From assembly GCA_964188305.1 (NCBI GenBank), contig OZ076888.1: 64,000 bases of DNA; one strand, written 5' to 3'. Position numbers and translations under genes: made by a program. This document shows positions 27,678 through 41,056 of this stretch, one piece after another (the first letter of the stretch is position 1; each line of letters opens with the position of its first letter). Below the pieces are notes generated by a model. That model saw nothing but the letters and a program-made list of their open reading frames with translations. It searched no databases and had not been told where the DNA came from. The DNA comes from Podarcis bocagei. Its lineage: Eukaryota.

Positions 27678-28519
27678 CCCAGTTAGAGATGTGTCCTGGC
27701 AGCTGGGTAGAAAAATGATCCAGGAGGAAGAGGGCAACGTCACCACTCTTCCTGTTGATCAGTGCATTAAGGACACCCTTTAGATACCGGTCCCAGCAGA
27801 TCTTCAGCCTCTTCTGTCTCTAAAGGCTGCGCTAAAGGCTGGCCAAAAAGACTGATCCGAGCAGCTGAAAGTAAATCTGTCTTAATCCAGCAACTAAATG
27901 CTTCCTAGTGAAATAACTACCGATCCTTGTCAGAGACAGGAGCTTTGCTGCATTGATTGTAGGTAGCAAGGCAAGAAGTAAATTTGGGCTGGGGTGAGGT
28001 GGGTGGGGGGAATGGCAAAGTATTCATTTTCCTCATAGGATGGAGACAGTAGGACTAGGGCAGATTGGCACACACTGCCAAGGGTCAGCTTTGGTGGCCA
28101 GTCATGTAGAGTTTGGTAGGTCCTTCATCTTAACTAGATTTGCTGGGTTGGAAGCACTGCAAAGGGAATGCCATCTCAGTGGTGCTTCAGATTGTTTTCA
28201 CTCCCTGATCCTTGCATGGCAGGAAGTTCTAAGGTAGCTTAATGGAGGTGGCTTCCTGTGGAGGTAAGAAATAGTGGGTATCTCAAGGGGGTTTTATAGG
28301 GCTGTGCCAAATATTCTCCATTTTTTGTTTGAAGGCAAAAAACAGTAGTTACTAAGAAATAGAACTATTTCCTGAAAAGCACACTGTGAAAATATTCATG
28401 TTTTTGTAATTGTGAAGTGTGACACCACTACTTTGGTGTCATTTCCCCGCCTCCATGGTTGCTGCTCCTTTCTTCTCCCTGGGCTGATCAAATGAACAAG
28501 CCAAGCCAAACAGGAAGAG

Positions 28520-28843
28520 CAGGGGTCAGCAAACTTTTTCAGCAGGGGGCCGGTCCACTGTCCCTCAGACCTTGTGAGGGGCCTGACTATATTTTGGGGG
28601 GCAGGGGGAATGAACGAATTCCTATGCCTCACAAAAACCCAGAGATGCATTTTAAATAAAAGCACACATTCTACTCATATAAAAACACCAGGCAGGCCCC
28701 ACAAATAACTCAGAGATGCATTTTAAATAAAGGGACACATTATACTCATGTAAAAACACGCTGATTCCTGGACTGTCTGCAGGCTGGATTTAGATGGCGA
28801 TTGGACCAGATCTGGCCCCCAGGCCTTAGTTTGCCTGCCCATG
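28520..28843 (+). mobile_element. Non-autonomous hAT element, OposCharlie1 (OC1)-like
   Basis: Perfect 8-bp TSD AGGAAGAG (28512-28519 and 28844-28851); imperfect TIR CAGGGGTCAGCAAACT/AGTTTGCCTGCCCATG; internal ~70-bp duplication. The family name rests on a recalled OC1 5' end. Confidence 0.8.
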
Positions 28844-30754
28844 AGGAAGAGCATGGTGAATGGGATGCCACTGCAACACTACGTGGCTAACCAGAATTGG
28901 CTATGACATAACCAATGGAGAATGGGGAAATGGAGTTAACTGAGAGAGGTGAGGCAATGTAAACAAACAGGTAAACATTTTCTCAAGCAGTGCTGAAAAC
29001 TGAGGGGAAAGGGAGAAAGTCTTTCAATAGTGGGAAGAATGCTCATGGAAAATAGAATGCAGCTTTGGTACAGATTCAGTATTTTGTAGTACTCATTCAC
29101 AGATCCATCAGGCAGTAAGCAAGCAGTCACACAGAAAGGCAAAGCCAAGCTCAGACTAGCATGTTCGGCACCCCATCAGCCTACAAAGTTGCTTGTGCCT
29201 GCCAGAATGCTCTTAGTAACCTTTCCCTGCCAGCTTCAGACTTCAAACTATTCCCCCTGCCCTGGTCAAATTCCAAGCCAAGCATTGTTATTTTTCCTTT
29301 TAAGCCCCCAACCCAGACATGTGGGTATAACACACTCCATGAATTCAGACTAGCCCCTAGTTATCAGAGCCCACTGCTTATCAGGAACCTACTGCCTGCT
29401 TCATTGTCCCATGCATGAATGTACACTGTACACTTGATCACTAACAAGTCTCCACTGAAAATCACTGCATGTGAGGTAAAATGTTGTCTCTGTTGTTACA
29501 TCTGTGACGGCCCATTCACATAAGCAAGGATTGCCTTGAGGTAGCAGCCATCAAGAGAAGGAAGTTAAGCTTTCTGGCTACCCTTCTCCCCATGCCTGCG
29601 GTTACTTCGAAGTTCTCAACACAGAAAAATTGTTCAGTATTAAACTCTTTGCCCAGGCATCTAAGCATTTGTATTTGGTCAACGCATTACATGCACATTG
29701 CATGCACATTTATGTAACTATAGCCAAACAACTGATTTAGGCCAGGAAACAGTGCTTCACTATGAGCATTTAACTCTTTCCCTGCCCAAATGATTTCCAC
29801 CAGCTTAGAATTGTAAATGTGACTGAAATAGTTTTGCACCCATTATAAATCTCATGAGAAACATAAGCTGCTTGGGACTGATTTGAAGCAGAGAAATTAG
29901 AAGTGTGAAAGCATTCAGCTCTTCTTTCCTAGCCATTTCCCTGCTCCCTGAAAGACAGCTTGCTCACTGCAATGAGGAGTTCTTTGGGGAAATGATTCAT
30001 TGTACATAAGGCTGCTTTTGAAGAATGACTGGAAACTGCAGTTAGTAACCTAGCACCTGTTACTAAACTGAGTGGGTCCTGGCACTGGGAATGCATCTGA
30101 CTTGACTTTCCATAACTTCCAGTCCACTTCCACTGCAATTCAGAGTGCTGGTGCTTACCTTTAAAGCCTTCTATGGCTTGGGACCTGGATACACCAACTT
30201 GCCCATATACTAAGATCTTCCTCTGGGTATCCCCTCCATCTAAAGTGAGAGGGCTATATAGGAGAAAGCCTTTTCAGTTGTGGCACCCTACTTGTAGAAC
30301 TCCTTTCCCAGTTTTGCTTGGCACCTAAACTGGTAATATCCTTTAGGAGCCAGGCTAAGACATATTCATTTCCTTAAGCTTTTAACCTCTGATGCATTTT
30401 CTCCCCTCCTGTGATTGATTTTTTAATTGTGTTTGTATTAGTCAGTGTAAACCATACTGGAGATCTTGAACTGAAGGGCAGTATAGCAATGTTTTAATAA
30501 ATAAACAGATAAATTAGAGGCATCCTAGGGCACACTTTCAGTTATATGTACAGAGCAAGGGTGAGGCCCAGCAGGCCCAGCAAGTGTCGCTCTTGACCTG
30601 AGAATATGTCTTAGAACATGACCCAGAATCTTCTGCAACATGCGCAGGGGAGTGTCCCTTGCCCAGTTAACAGGGGCTCCCCACTATACCATGCAGAAAT
30701 CATTCCCTGATGGCAGAAAGTCTGGAAACCATTAGCCTATAACATGCCAATGTG

Positions 30755-30802
30755 TGTTTGTTTGTTTGTTTGTTTGTTTGTTTGTTTGTTTGTTTGTTTG
30801 TT
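30755..30802. repeat. (TGTT)12 microsatellite
   Basis: Direct reading. Confidence 0.95.
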
Positions 30803-33730
30803 AATAAGCATTTGTATACTGCTTAATATTTCAAAAATCTCTAAGCTAGTAGAAGAGCTGCAGCATTCCAGACTTTGGCCTGTCAGTCTGAGAAAACGAG
30901 ATCTTGTTAAGCATTTCAATAATGCAGGCATACACAGAAGTCACTTGCTGGCAATGCCAATGAAACTCCCCATCTACACCAGCTACTCAAGAGAAACATC
31001 AGGCATGCATGCCCCAAATAAATCAAGTCTTTGTATATATATATTTGCTAAATCCCATAATACAAGGCATTCTTTGTGCACAACAGGGTGTCAGAAGAGC
31101 TACATTAATTCTGCATGTCATGTTTTCAAGAATTTCTTCAGTTCTCCGTCTACAGTTGAGACATTGCTTTGACAAGGCATTGGTTTATGTGTGTGTGTGT
31201 GTGTGCTACTAGGGAATTTGTAAAGCCCTGAAAAGGCATTCCCTGGTGTAAACACTTTTGCTGAGTATCTGTGCAGAAGTATATACATACGCTCAGAGCA
31301 GTTTTGGAAGGGGGTTAATCAATCACCTGCATAACAGAACTGTTCTACTGGACATTGATCTGGTGTGAGGCTAGACTAGGATTTCATTAAGCCATATTCC
31401 AATTTCATTAATTATGTTTAACAGAACCAGAGATCTGGAAGGGGCTGAAAGGACACCTGCCCCACCCTCTGTTCAGAAAGACAATTCGCACAACTAAGTG
31501 CTGAAGTGAATAATAATTGACATTTTCAGCAGATTTGCACTTATTGAACTAGTCTTGTGAACAGGCCACAGGAATTTGTCCAGATTCACAGTCCTTAATA
31601 AATAAATAAATCTCTGAATAATGTTTTGAGTTAACAGATAAGGGGCATGCTTGTCCACACACAAGGCATATGCAACATACACAAAAGTTTAATTTGTGTA
31701 GACCTTAAAAGAAACGGATTATGAATCAGTCCAAAGACGGCTATTAATAATGACCACCTGTTAAGCCAGACAAAATGAATTTGCAGTTGCCCCAAATATG
31801 TGGCACCCAGATCATGCTATTGTGTAGGAAGGGGATTAGTAAGGGGCAATTCATTTGACTAAATGGCACGATGAGAATGTTGGTTGAGTTTCAATCTAGG
31901 CACGTTCGGACAAAACAGCCAAGCCCTTCATTAGGAGCAGAAGAACACACAACACAACCTCTACTTCAAGTGAAACTGGAGCAACCTTGGCAAGATTCAG
32001 GTATGTTTAATGTGTGGTGTGGGCACTCCAAGCAGATGCCCATGCAGCAATCACTTCTTAATGTTACAGATCAGGCGGGGCTCACTTATCACAGGGAGAG
32101 TGTTTTCAGATGACAGCACCAAAGGACTCAAGGGAAAATTTCAGTTTGCTTATAATCCCTGTTCAATTGACTGACTCTCTAGTAAATTGTGGTGACTGGA
32201 GTGACAATAACCTCAGTCCCAACTTGAAATCTCTGTGATCATCTAAGCTTCTGAAAAAATGGAAGATAAACAGTAGATCCCACATACAGCACATAAGCAC
32301 ATAGAGCTTATTCATTAGTTCTGTACAGACTGGATGAACTTGTGGAGGTTAGAAGCAGGATCCTTGTGTCTAAGCCTGCCACACCCTCAGAACATAGTAT
32401 TTGTTCAAAGCTTTGGTGAAATGAATAAGGTTCCAGTCAACTTATCTAAGAGACAAAGGATGAAATCACTGAACAAATTGTTTTTTACAAAATAGTTGCT
32501 CAACCCCTTGAATCAGCACTCACATTCTATGCATTCTATACAGAATCATAGAGTCATGGGATTTTAGATTTGGAAGATACCCCAAGGGTCATCTAGTCCA
32601 GTCAGCAGTTACCTGTGAGAATTCTTTGCATGTGATAATATGCTGAAAACAGATGACTCATTGGCATTTCTAAAGCAAACAAGCCCCAGTCTTGAATACT
32701 GTCTGCCAGAGACTCATTGCATAGGAACAACCCATGGATCATTGTGTTTACATAAACAGCAGGAAAGCAGAACTTTTGCAAAAGCAGCAGTCCTCAATTC
32801 CAAAGAATTAAACAAACTCCAAGGGGTTAGCTGTAAGAAAAATACAGTGGAAAATTTATCTTGAGACAGTTACCAGATGTGGCACACTCTAAAGACGTTC
32901 TAGTCCATTTATTAATTAGTTATTCTGCTGCAAAGTTATTTTAGGAGTAGTTTATTTGGTGGGGAAACTGCATCAAAAGGAGACACTGGCCATGCTGGAT
33001 CTAGACACATCAAAGAAGTGTTTCAGTTTAAAGCGTTGTAAATTTAAACAGGGAAAACAGGTAGAGAAAAATGGGACTTTCACATCACCATCTGGGACTC
33101 ATGATTCCATTTCTGTTGCATGTTCATGACCCCATTCTTACTGAGGTGCAAAACCTATGTCCAGGGGCATTAGCACCCCTGACTGCATGTGGAATTAATT
33201 AACTCAGGGCTCTTGCAGACTGTTGGGTTTTAGGGGCAGGATTTGTGTGTGTCTTCTGCAACTTGTCATTGACACATTAATAGTGCATTAACGTTGGACT
33301 TATACTGGACTATCCACATATAGTTCTGCCTTATTAGTTGTTCCACAATGCTTCTCTAATGCTACTGCATTATTGACAGCTGGAGGGGCATTCCTGTATT
33401 ATAGTGCAACAAAAGGGAAATAAAAAATAAAGCAGAACATTTTTGGTATAGAAGTTACAGGATTTCATAAAGATGTTGCAGGACATGCACTGATTTGAAG
33501 CACAGCAATATGATCACTGCAAAACTGTTACAGGTCAAACAGTATTGAAAGCATATCATACATGTATCATAACTACTATCATATTAGTGAGGGGGTTAAA
33601 TTCCCTTCAAATCAGATTATTCTCTCTGAGTACATGGGGGAAAGTTTTTTAAATTACTTACATTTTGCTACACTGAAACAAAAATATGAGCATTTCCATC
33701 TTTTAAACACATTAAATGGGGGGCGCCCTT

Positions 33731-34562
33731 TGTGTTGTCACGCGCAGCCCCCTGGACCTTATGCAGCACCATTAGCACAGGCTTGGCTTCACCTTCCCCA
33801 GGTGGGATCCCTGGAGGTCGCCGCCTACCTCAGCCAGTTGCCCAATCCTGCCTGGGGAGGCGTTGCCAAGGTGATCAGGCCAGGTAGGGGGAGGGACCAC
33901 CCTGCCCACACAATAGGGGGAGGGTCTTACCTGGGAATCGTCAGCTGGCTCCAGAGCTTCTCCCACCCTACCCTCCCTCAGTAAAGACTTCTTTTGCAGG
34001 TTAGCCTTTTCCCCACAGGTACACAGGCGCTGCTACATCAAGGTCGCTGTTGAAGGGCCGGAAAGGAATTCTCCTGCATTGGTAGGTTTGCCTTTTCCGT
34101 AGCAAAAGGTCACAACTTTGGCGGTATCAGGCCTTGGGTGGAATCCTTTAGTCTATCTTCCCTAAATGGGGGTGGACGTGTAGTGGTGACCCACGGCCCC
34201 TTCTCTTTGTGGCGGCGATCCCAGGGTTCCCCATTAAAGGGGTTGTTTCGAGGGAAGGCTTTGGCCATACGCCTAGAGGCTGTCATTGCTCTCCCCTGCG
34301 ATGGCGGCGTAATGGGAGCAGGCTTGCTCTGCTTGAACATATGTTCTCCAGAGCCAGCCCATTCCCCCCACACTCTCGATAGCCCTGAAGTTCCCCAGAT
34401 CCTCGATGGGGGACTGGGAGGGATAAACGCCCAATGCCTGAGCCAAGGTCTATCCACAGCTGAAACATAATAAAGTTGTGGCCAATTTTTAATCCCATAG
34501 CACATTGTCTCGAGTCGTTATTCCACACAGGTTTGGGGGACTCCGCCTGTCCACACAATACA
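33731..34562 (+). mobile_element. Solo LTR (832 bp) of an LTR retrotransposon or ERV
   Basis: TG...CA ends with imperfect terminal inverted repeat TGTGTTGT/ACAATACA; 5-bp TSD CCCTT/CTCTT (1 mismatch). Abrupt GC/CpG-rich block; AATAAA at 34469-34474, ~90 bp before the 3' end; no internal coding region. Confidence 0.75.
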
Positions 34563-35150
34563 CTCTTATAACTGCATGATTTTTTTTGGTGGGGGGGACA
34601 CATATTTTGTTAGTGACAATAGTGTAAAATTGATGTTAATAGTGGTGTACACACAATAAATTTGTTTTGGAAATAATTCTGATACTAATGTGATTTTCTG
34701 ATGGCTTGCTTACTCTCTGGCCTTTATTTTTCTGCTGGGCTCCACAAACTACATAACATCATGTAGCATCCCTGACAGTAAGTGTGGCAACCATCCTTAT
34801 GGTTGTAAGCCTATGGGTAAATCCTGTTTTATTTTTAATTTGTTGTACATTGACTTTTTCATAATCAGGATACCTGATAAATTAATTAGTTAAAACCCCA
34901 TTGCTAGGAAAGGCTTAATGATGTCAAATAATCATAATGGAGGGCCAAGTGGCATACCACCTAACATTTCTCCAATGAAAATAGGAGCATCCTAAGAAAA
35001 AGTGGGACATTCTAGGATCAAATCAGAAACCAGGACGGCTTCTGTAAATCTGGGGCTGTCCCAGGGACACTTGAAGCGTCTGAAGTAGTAGTCAATTGCC
35101 AGGGCAGAAATCTTGTGATCAATAGGTACAGTCCTGCAGAATCTGGCCTA

Positions 35151-35798
35151 AAGGGTCATGGGGATACGCAGCAGACATCTCAGTTGAGGTTCACTCTTTT
35201 TCAGACCTTGATAACCAGCCAATACAATACTGGACCAGTCAGACCAGTGCAATAGCAGAAAGCTGGCAACCCTAACCTCAGCTTCCTGAAAGCCAAATAT
35301 GCAATACATGTGAAGGGTCATGGGGATAGGCAGCAGACATCTCAGCTGAGGTTCACTCTTTGTCAGACCTTGATAACCAGCCAATACAATACTGGACCAG
35401 TCAGACCAGTGCAATAGCAGAAATCTGGCAACCCTAACCTCAGCTTCCTGAAAGCCAAAAATGCAATACATGTGAAGGGTCATGGGGATAGGCAGCAGAC
35501 ATCTCAGTTGAGGTTCACTCTTTGTCAGACCTTGATAACCAGCCAATACAATACTGGACCAGTCAGACCAGTGCAATAGCAGAAATCTGGCAACCCTAAC
35601 CTCAGCTTCCTGAAAGCCAAATATGCAATACATGTGAAGGGTCATGGGGATAGGCAGCAGACATCTCAGTTGAGGTTCACTCTTTGTCAGACCTTGATAA
35701 CCAGCCAATACAATACTGGACCAGTCAGACCAGTGCAATAGCAGAAATCTGGCAACCCTAACCTCAGCTTCCTGAAAGCCAAATATGCAATACATGTG
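35151..35798. repeat. Tandem array of exactly four 162-bp units
   Basis: Units start at 35151, 35313, 35475 and 35637 (AAGGGTCATGGGGATA...CAATACATGTG) and differ by only a handful of substitutions. Confidence 0.97.
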
Positions 35799-35830
35799 TC
35801 TTGACAAAGACTAGGTTGTACAGGACTGTG

Positions 35831-35990
35831 CATAGGTGCTGACTCCCTGGGACCCTGGGTGCCCAAGCACCCACAAAAGTCTTCACGAAGGGGCCGGGCA
35901 CCCACAAATTTCAGCGCCAGGGCCATGCATGCTGCATAGCACCCACGGCCCCAGGCATCCAGAGTCTCGAGGCCAAGCTGGCACTCCTAG
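35831..35990. mobile_element. GC-rich MITE with a CATAGGTGC end
   Basis: Imperfect TIR, three internal GCACCCAC motifs, degenerate TSD GGACTGTG/GGGCTATG. Confidence 0.5.
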
Positions 35991-36845
35991 GGCTATGGTG
36001 ATAAAGTGCATTGTGTGTACTATTCCTAGAAAGCGATGTGGAATATATATTATTGGGGAAAAGAATGTCTACCAATGGCAGCTGCACTTTCACAAAAAAA
36101 CACCTAGCATTGTACTTTGCTTGTCACTAACTACAACTTCTCTTTCCTCTCCATTTCCTTCTGTATTTGACCAGGGAGTTTTTATTCATGACAAACAGGC
36201 ATGGCTGTGGCGGCTGCAGGGGACAGGGTATCTTGTTACAAACCCTGCCTAGCTCTTTTGGTGGCTGAGAGCCAGGCAAACTGACAAATCACACTTCCTC
36301 TCAACACAGTCTCTGCCCTGAAATAGTCAGACCACTCCAGTTCAGAGCCCCCCACCTCCAAGAATCCCAAGCATCCCTCTACAATGCATCCCTATGGAGC
36401 ACAAGCCAAAGCCAAGAGCTAAGCTGGTGTCCAGGCCTTTAATCTTAACAGGCAGGTTAGGAGCCCCAGTGTCTGTCATGTTGTGCCTTATGTCAGAGCC
36501 AATTGAGGCCTCTTAAGAGAACATGAAAGGAAATTAATCATCATCATCATAATCACCATGCAAACAAAGGTGGGCACAGGCAATCTTGTTTCCCAACAGG
36601 GAATAATTTTTGCAGGCAATGGGTGGTCGTTTTAAAAATTATGCTTACTTGAACAATAATTTAAAAATGAGCTAAGTAAGGAATCCTGGCTTTATACACC
36701 AATGTGGGTCCTCAGAATTATACTTAGCACAGCTGGGGTGTTTACTGAATACAAAAGCACAAAAATGCACTGCTAGATAAGGCCATGTTCGTCTCTTCCA
36801 TCATTTTCTTTCATTCTGTTATTTAAAGCCTCTAAGGATGTTTCT

Positions 36846-37191
36846 AAGGGTGGCGCTGTGGGTTAAACCACAGAGCCTAGGACTTGCCGATCAGAAGGTC
36901 GGTGGTTCAAATCCCCATGATGGGGTGAGCTCCCGTTGCTCGTCCCTGCTCCTGCCAACCTAGCAGTTTGAAAGCACGTCAAAGTTCTTTCAAATAGGTA
37001 CCGCTCTGGTGGGAAGGTAAACAGCGTTTCCGTGCGCTGCTCTGGTTCGCCAGAAGCGGCTTAGTCATGCTGGCCACATGACCCAGAAGCTGTACGCTGG
37101 CTCCCTTGGCCAATAAAGCAAGATGAGCACCGCAACCCCAAAGTCGGTCACGACTGGACCTAATGGTCAGGGGTCCCTTTACCTTTACCTT
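36846..37191 (+). mobile_element. Sauria (Squam1) SINE
   Basis: Conserved head, body and (ACCTTT)n tail; TSD TAAGGATGTTTCT (36833-36845 and 37192-37204). Confidence 0.93.
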
Positions 37192-38281
37192 TAAGGATGT
37201 TTCTGCTCTGCTGCTACTATAATGGTGTTTTATAGCCCCCCTTTTCAGGCAGACCTCTGTTTATATAAAATTATTAAAAACAGTAAGCACCAGTACACAT
37301 TATACAGTAAGACAGAAAAGCAACTTTCTGCCTTAAAGAAACTCTTTCTGCAGCTCCTCATCTCAGAGCAAGGTTTTATTGCAGAAAGGCAAAGCATAAT
37401 ATTGCAAGTAGCAGCAATTAACCAAATCTAAGCTTGAGCGATATTCAGAGTTATACATTTTCTGTATACAGTACAGATGTCCCATTCAGTTAGTGGGATT
37501 TTAGCTGTTAATGTACCTATTCTCATGAATTTGCACAATCTATTTGAAAGTTATCTAAGCCAGTGGTCGTCACTACATCCTGTAATAGTGTGCTTTTCTA
37601 TATATGTACTAATTCAATTTTAACCAAGTAAACAACAGAAGAAAATGATGGTGATGATGACAACAGAAAAACTCACCCTCTTGAATTCCTTAAAGTCCAT
37701 TGCTCTGTGTGAGAAGTGCTTCCTTTTGTCAGTCCTGAACACATCCAGTCGGTTTCGCTGGCTGATACCAAGATCTAATATTGTGAGGGGGCAATGTCTC
37801 TAAATCCACTTTGTCCACCCTGTTCATAAATTTATAGACCTCCATTATATCCCCCCTTACTCATTTTTTCCTTAATAATAAAAATAAAAATAAAATTTAT
37901 TTATATCCCGCCCTCCCCAGCCGAAGCCGGGCTCAGAGCAGCTAACTACAATAAAACAGTAAAAAGACATTAAAAATAGAACTAAAATAGTATTAGCCTT
38001 TTCTCACACATAAGTTGCTGATACACCGATGTTCAGCCTAACTTGGGTGCTATGCAATTAACAAATTTGTTCCTTGTTTTAGGCTGGTGAAAAGCAGCCC
38101 CACTGCTGTGAAGGATACATTCACGAGCTCAGTTAAGAATAGCATTTGTGGCTCTGCATTTTCAGACCATACAAATCATAGTTACTGAAGGATGACATGC
38201 GAAGGCTGCTTACCAAACAAGGTTCTGCTTCTGTGGAATGAACATGGCAGAAGATCTGCCACAGTACTTATTGTTGTGTTC

Positions 38282-38284
<3 letters not shown>

Positions 38285-38334
<50 letters not shown>
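38285..38334. repeat. (AC)25 microsatellite
   Basis: Direct reading. Confidence 0.97.
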
Positions 38335-38337
<3 letters not shown>

Positions 38338-38796
38338 GTATACAGTACAGATGGGTGGAGGTTGTGATGCTTGCCTAACATGCCCCAGTTGTCTCAATTT
38401 GTCAGGTACTGTTCCTATTTTCTGGTCCCTGTCCTTAATGAGTTACTGTTGGAATGGTCTTGGGTTCATACATCTAAACCACAGAATAAGGGCTAACAAA
38501 TAACCACAATCTGCAGAGCAACTTGATGGTTTACAGTAGTCTCAAAACCTTTCTCTGCTCTAACAGACCCACATGCTCTTAGGGCAATGGTAGCCAACAT
38601 GGCTTCCTCCACTGTTGGACTACAATTCCTATCATCCCTGGCCTTTGACTATGCTAGCTGGGGTTGATGGGAGCTGGAATCCAACAATATCTGCATTCCT
38701 TAACCCTGTTGGCTACGCCCATTTTAGATCATGTCCAAAAATCATCGTTTTCTAAGGAAACGTTTAGTATCCCTAATAAGGAAATATCTCTTAAGT

Positions 38797-38932
38797 CAGT
38801 GTTTCCCAAACTTGGGTCTCCAACTGTTTTTGGACTACAACTCCCATCATCCCTAGCTAGCAAGACCAGTAGTCAGGGATGATGGGAACTGTAATTCAAA
38901 AACAACTTTAGACCCAAGTCTGGGAAACACTG
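38797..38932. mobile_element. hAT-Charlie-type palindromic MITE (136 bp) sharing its core with 21405-21540
   Basis: TIR CAGTGTTTCCCA/TGGGAAACACTG; shared internal GGACTACAACTCCCATCATCCCT...GGGATGATGGGAACTGTA. Older relatives at ~5001-5130 and ~38584-38720. Confidence 0.85.
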
Positions 38933-39620
38933 CTCTAAGTTAAAAACTCTCACTCTTTTGCTTCTGTGTTGGTTGTTTTTAACCTGTTAGTTGTTAGCTT
39001 TGCCATTTTTTTAGGCTAAGGTACAGTTTGGACTAGAAGCTTTCTGACCACTATAGTACACCACCAACAACTGTAGTGTTTGTTTATGTACTAATGCAAT
39101 CCTCCTGGAAGAGTAGCCTGATTATATGTGAGGAAGGAGTTGAACTTCATTCATTTTTGGCAACCCTAATGTAGAGAAAACAATACTCCTGGCTTCTATG
39201 TGGAATTTTTGAAGGGCTTAGCCCCTTCTTTTCCCTCAGCTATGGAGAAACATTCTGGGAAATATAAAGGGAAATGCAAAGACAAGTGCTGACCTCTGAG
39301 GTATTCCACTCTACCTCAGATCAATATGTTATAAACATTAGCAAAGGCTAGGCCAAGATACCTCTTTACTTTTTTTAAAAAAAGAGAGTTTATTTTGGGG
39401 GCTTTCCCCCCATTTCCGGATATCCAAAAGTCCGTAGAGTTGACTAGAGTGTAAAAGTCACTCATATCTTGGCTTCCCAGGATGCTATGCAGCAGCACTG
39501 TATAATAAATTTCAACATACAAAGATTTAAACAGAATGGTGAGAACAAAATAGTGATTTTTGCTTATGCAACAAAGGAGTAAATAAAATTCCTTTACATT
39601 CCTGCCAGGTGGAGCAAATC

Positions 39621-40122
39621 CAGTGCTTTTTTCTGGGGGTATGCAGGGGTACGCATACCCCTAAACATTTTTGGGCCTCATTGAGGGGCAGTATTACAAT
39701 ATGAAAGAGGGACGCAGGTGGCGCTGTGGGTTAAACCACAGAGCCTAGGGCTTGCTGATCAGAAGGTCGGCGGTTCAAATCCCTGTGATGGGGTGAGCTC
39801 ATGTTGCTCGGTCCCTGCTCCTGCCCACCTAGCAGTTTGGAAGCATGTCAAAGTGCAAGTAGATAAATAGGTACTGCTCTGGCGGGAAGGTAAACGGCAT
39901 TTCCGTGTGCTGCTCTGGTTCACCAGAAGCGGCTTAGTCATGCTGGCCACATGACCCGGAAGATGTACGCCAGCTCCCTCGACCAATAAAGCGAGACAAG
40001 CGCCGCAACCCCAGAGTCAGTCACGACTGGACCTAATGGTCAGGGGTCCCTTTACCTTTATTACAATATGAGGAGGAAAATGAGAGTACCCCTAAACATA
40101 TTTTTTAAAGAAAAAAGCACTG
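39621..40122. mobile_element. hAT-type MITE interrupted by a Sauria SINE
   Basis: 14-bp TIR CAGTGCTTTTTTCT/AGAAAAAAGCACTG; 8-bp TSD AGCAAATC/GGCAAATC. Confidence 0.85.
39705..40058 (+). mobile_element. Sauria (Squam1) SINE nested inside a hAT MITE
   Basis: Full head, body and tail; TSD TATTACAATATGA (39692-39704 and 40059-40071). Confidence 0.93.
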
Positions 40123-41056
40123 GGCAAATCTATACCATAACTGAACTGGTTTCATAGTAATTCCTTCTCTGCTGGGTACACTGAAACCTGTAGCTCTGTA
40201 TCACTCCAAAAGTCAGATCCCAGGATTATCTGGGAGAAACCATGGCAGTTAAACTGATATAAAATCAATATAAGATTATAGTATGGGTCCCAGAGAGTGC
40301 AAGAATGAGAGTAAGAGAAGGCCCTAGCTGTCTTTTTAAAAACTACACTTACTAAGAGCTTGTAAACCAATTACTTCACCTGCCATGAACATACTTATTG
40401 AGCAATCCCAGTGCTCCTCCTAGCAGAGAAGATATATGAGGTGCATTAGGGGAGCAATAATCTCATGACAGGGACTTAAGCAGAACTTGAGTTTGCGAAC
40501 ATCATTCAGCATAGCTGCTCCAACTGCCAGACATTGGCATGCAATGTTGTTCATGGTTAACTTGGACCCATTCAAACTTGCTTCCATGGTGATGTGTCCC
40601 ATGAAATGTTTGCTCAAAATTAGAAAATAAACCAAGCTTAAACAAGGGTGGCTTCCAACACTGCATTTTGTAACCAAGTGCAGTAACCCAATCACAGAAT
40701 AGGTATGCACTTTTGAAGGTAAATATAGCTACTTTTTCTTTTTTCTTAAGTACATGGAATGGGAGGCTCAGTCCTTTCATGGACACATCTTCCATTATTT
40801 TTAAAGGGAATGAGAAGATTTTTTTCATATGTGTTCCTTTTATCATGTAGCACACTAGGCATCTATTTTGTACCCAGGATTTAACTACATGTATAAAAGG
40901 TAGTCTGAGCAGCCACTCTATGAAACAGGACCATAAGGGGGAAAGAGGGGGAAATAGGAGACTCTTGACTGTTTCATTCCACACAGAGGTACATACACTG
41001 CAATATTATATGTGGATGATTATGCTGTACATCTGACAGGGACACCCTATGCATTC

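Noticed and set aside
33562-34603. ORFs over the GC-rich block as retroviral genes
   Set aside because: No gag, pol or env motifs; the block is a non-coding solo LTR.
35151-35798. CRISPR-like array
   Set aside because: Units are identical head to tail with no unique spacers; eukaryotic context.
35148-35807. 219-aa minus-strand ORF of 54-aa repeats
   Set aside because: It is open only because the unit is 162 bp (a multiple of 3) and stop-free in one frame. It starts at TTG, has no recognisable domain and is not Gly-X-Y, so the match to collagen 54-multiples is coincidental.
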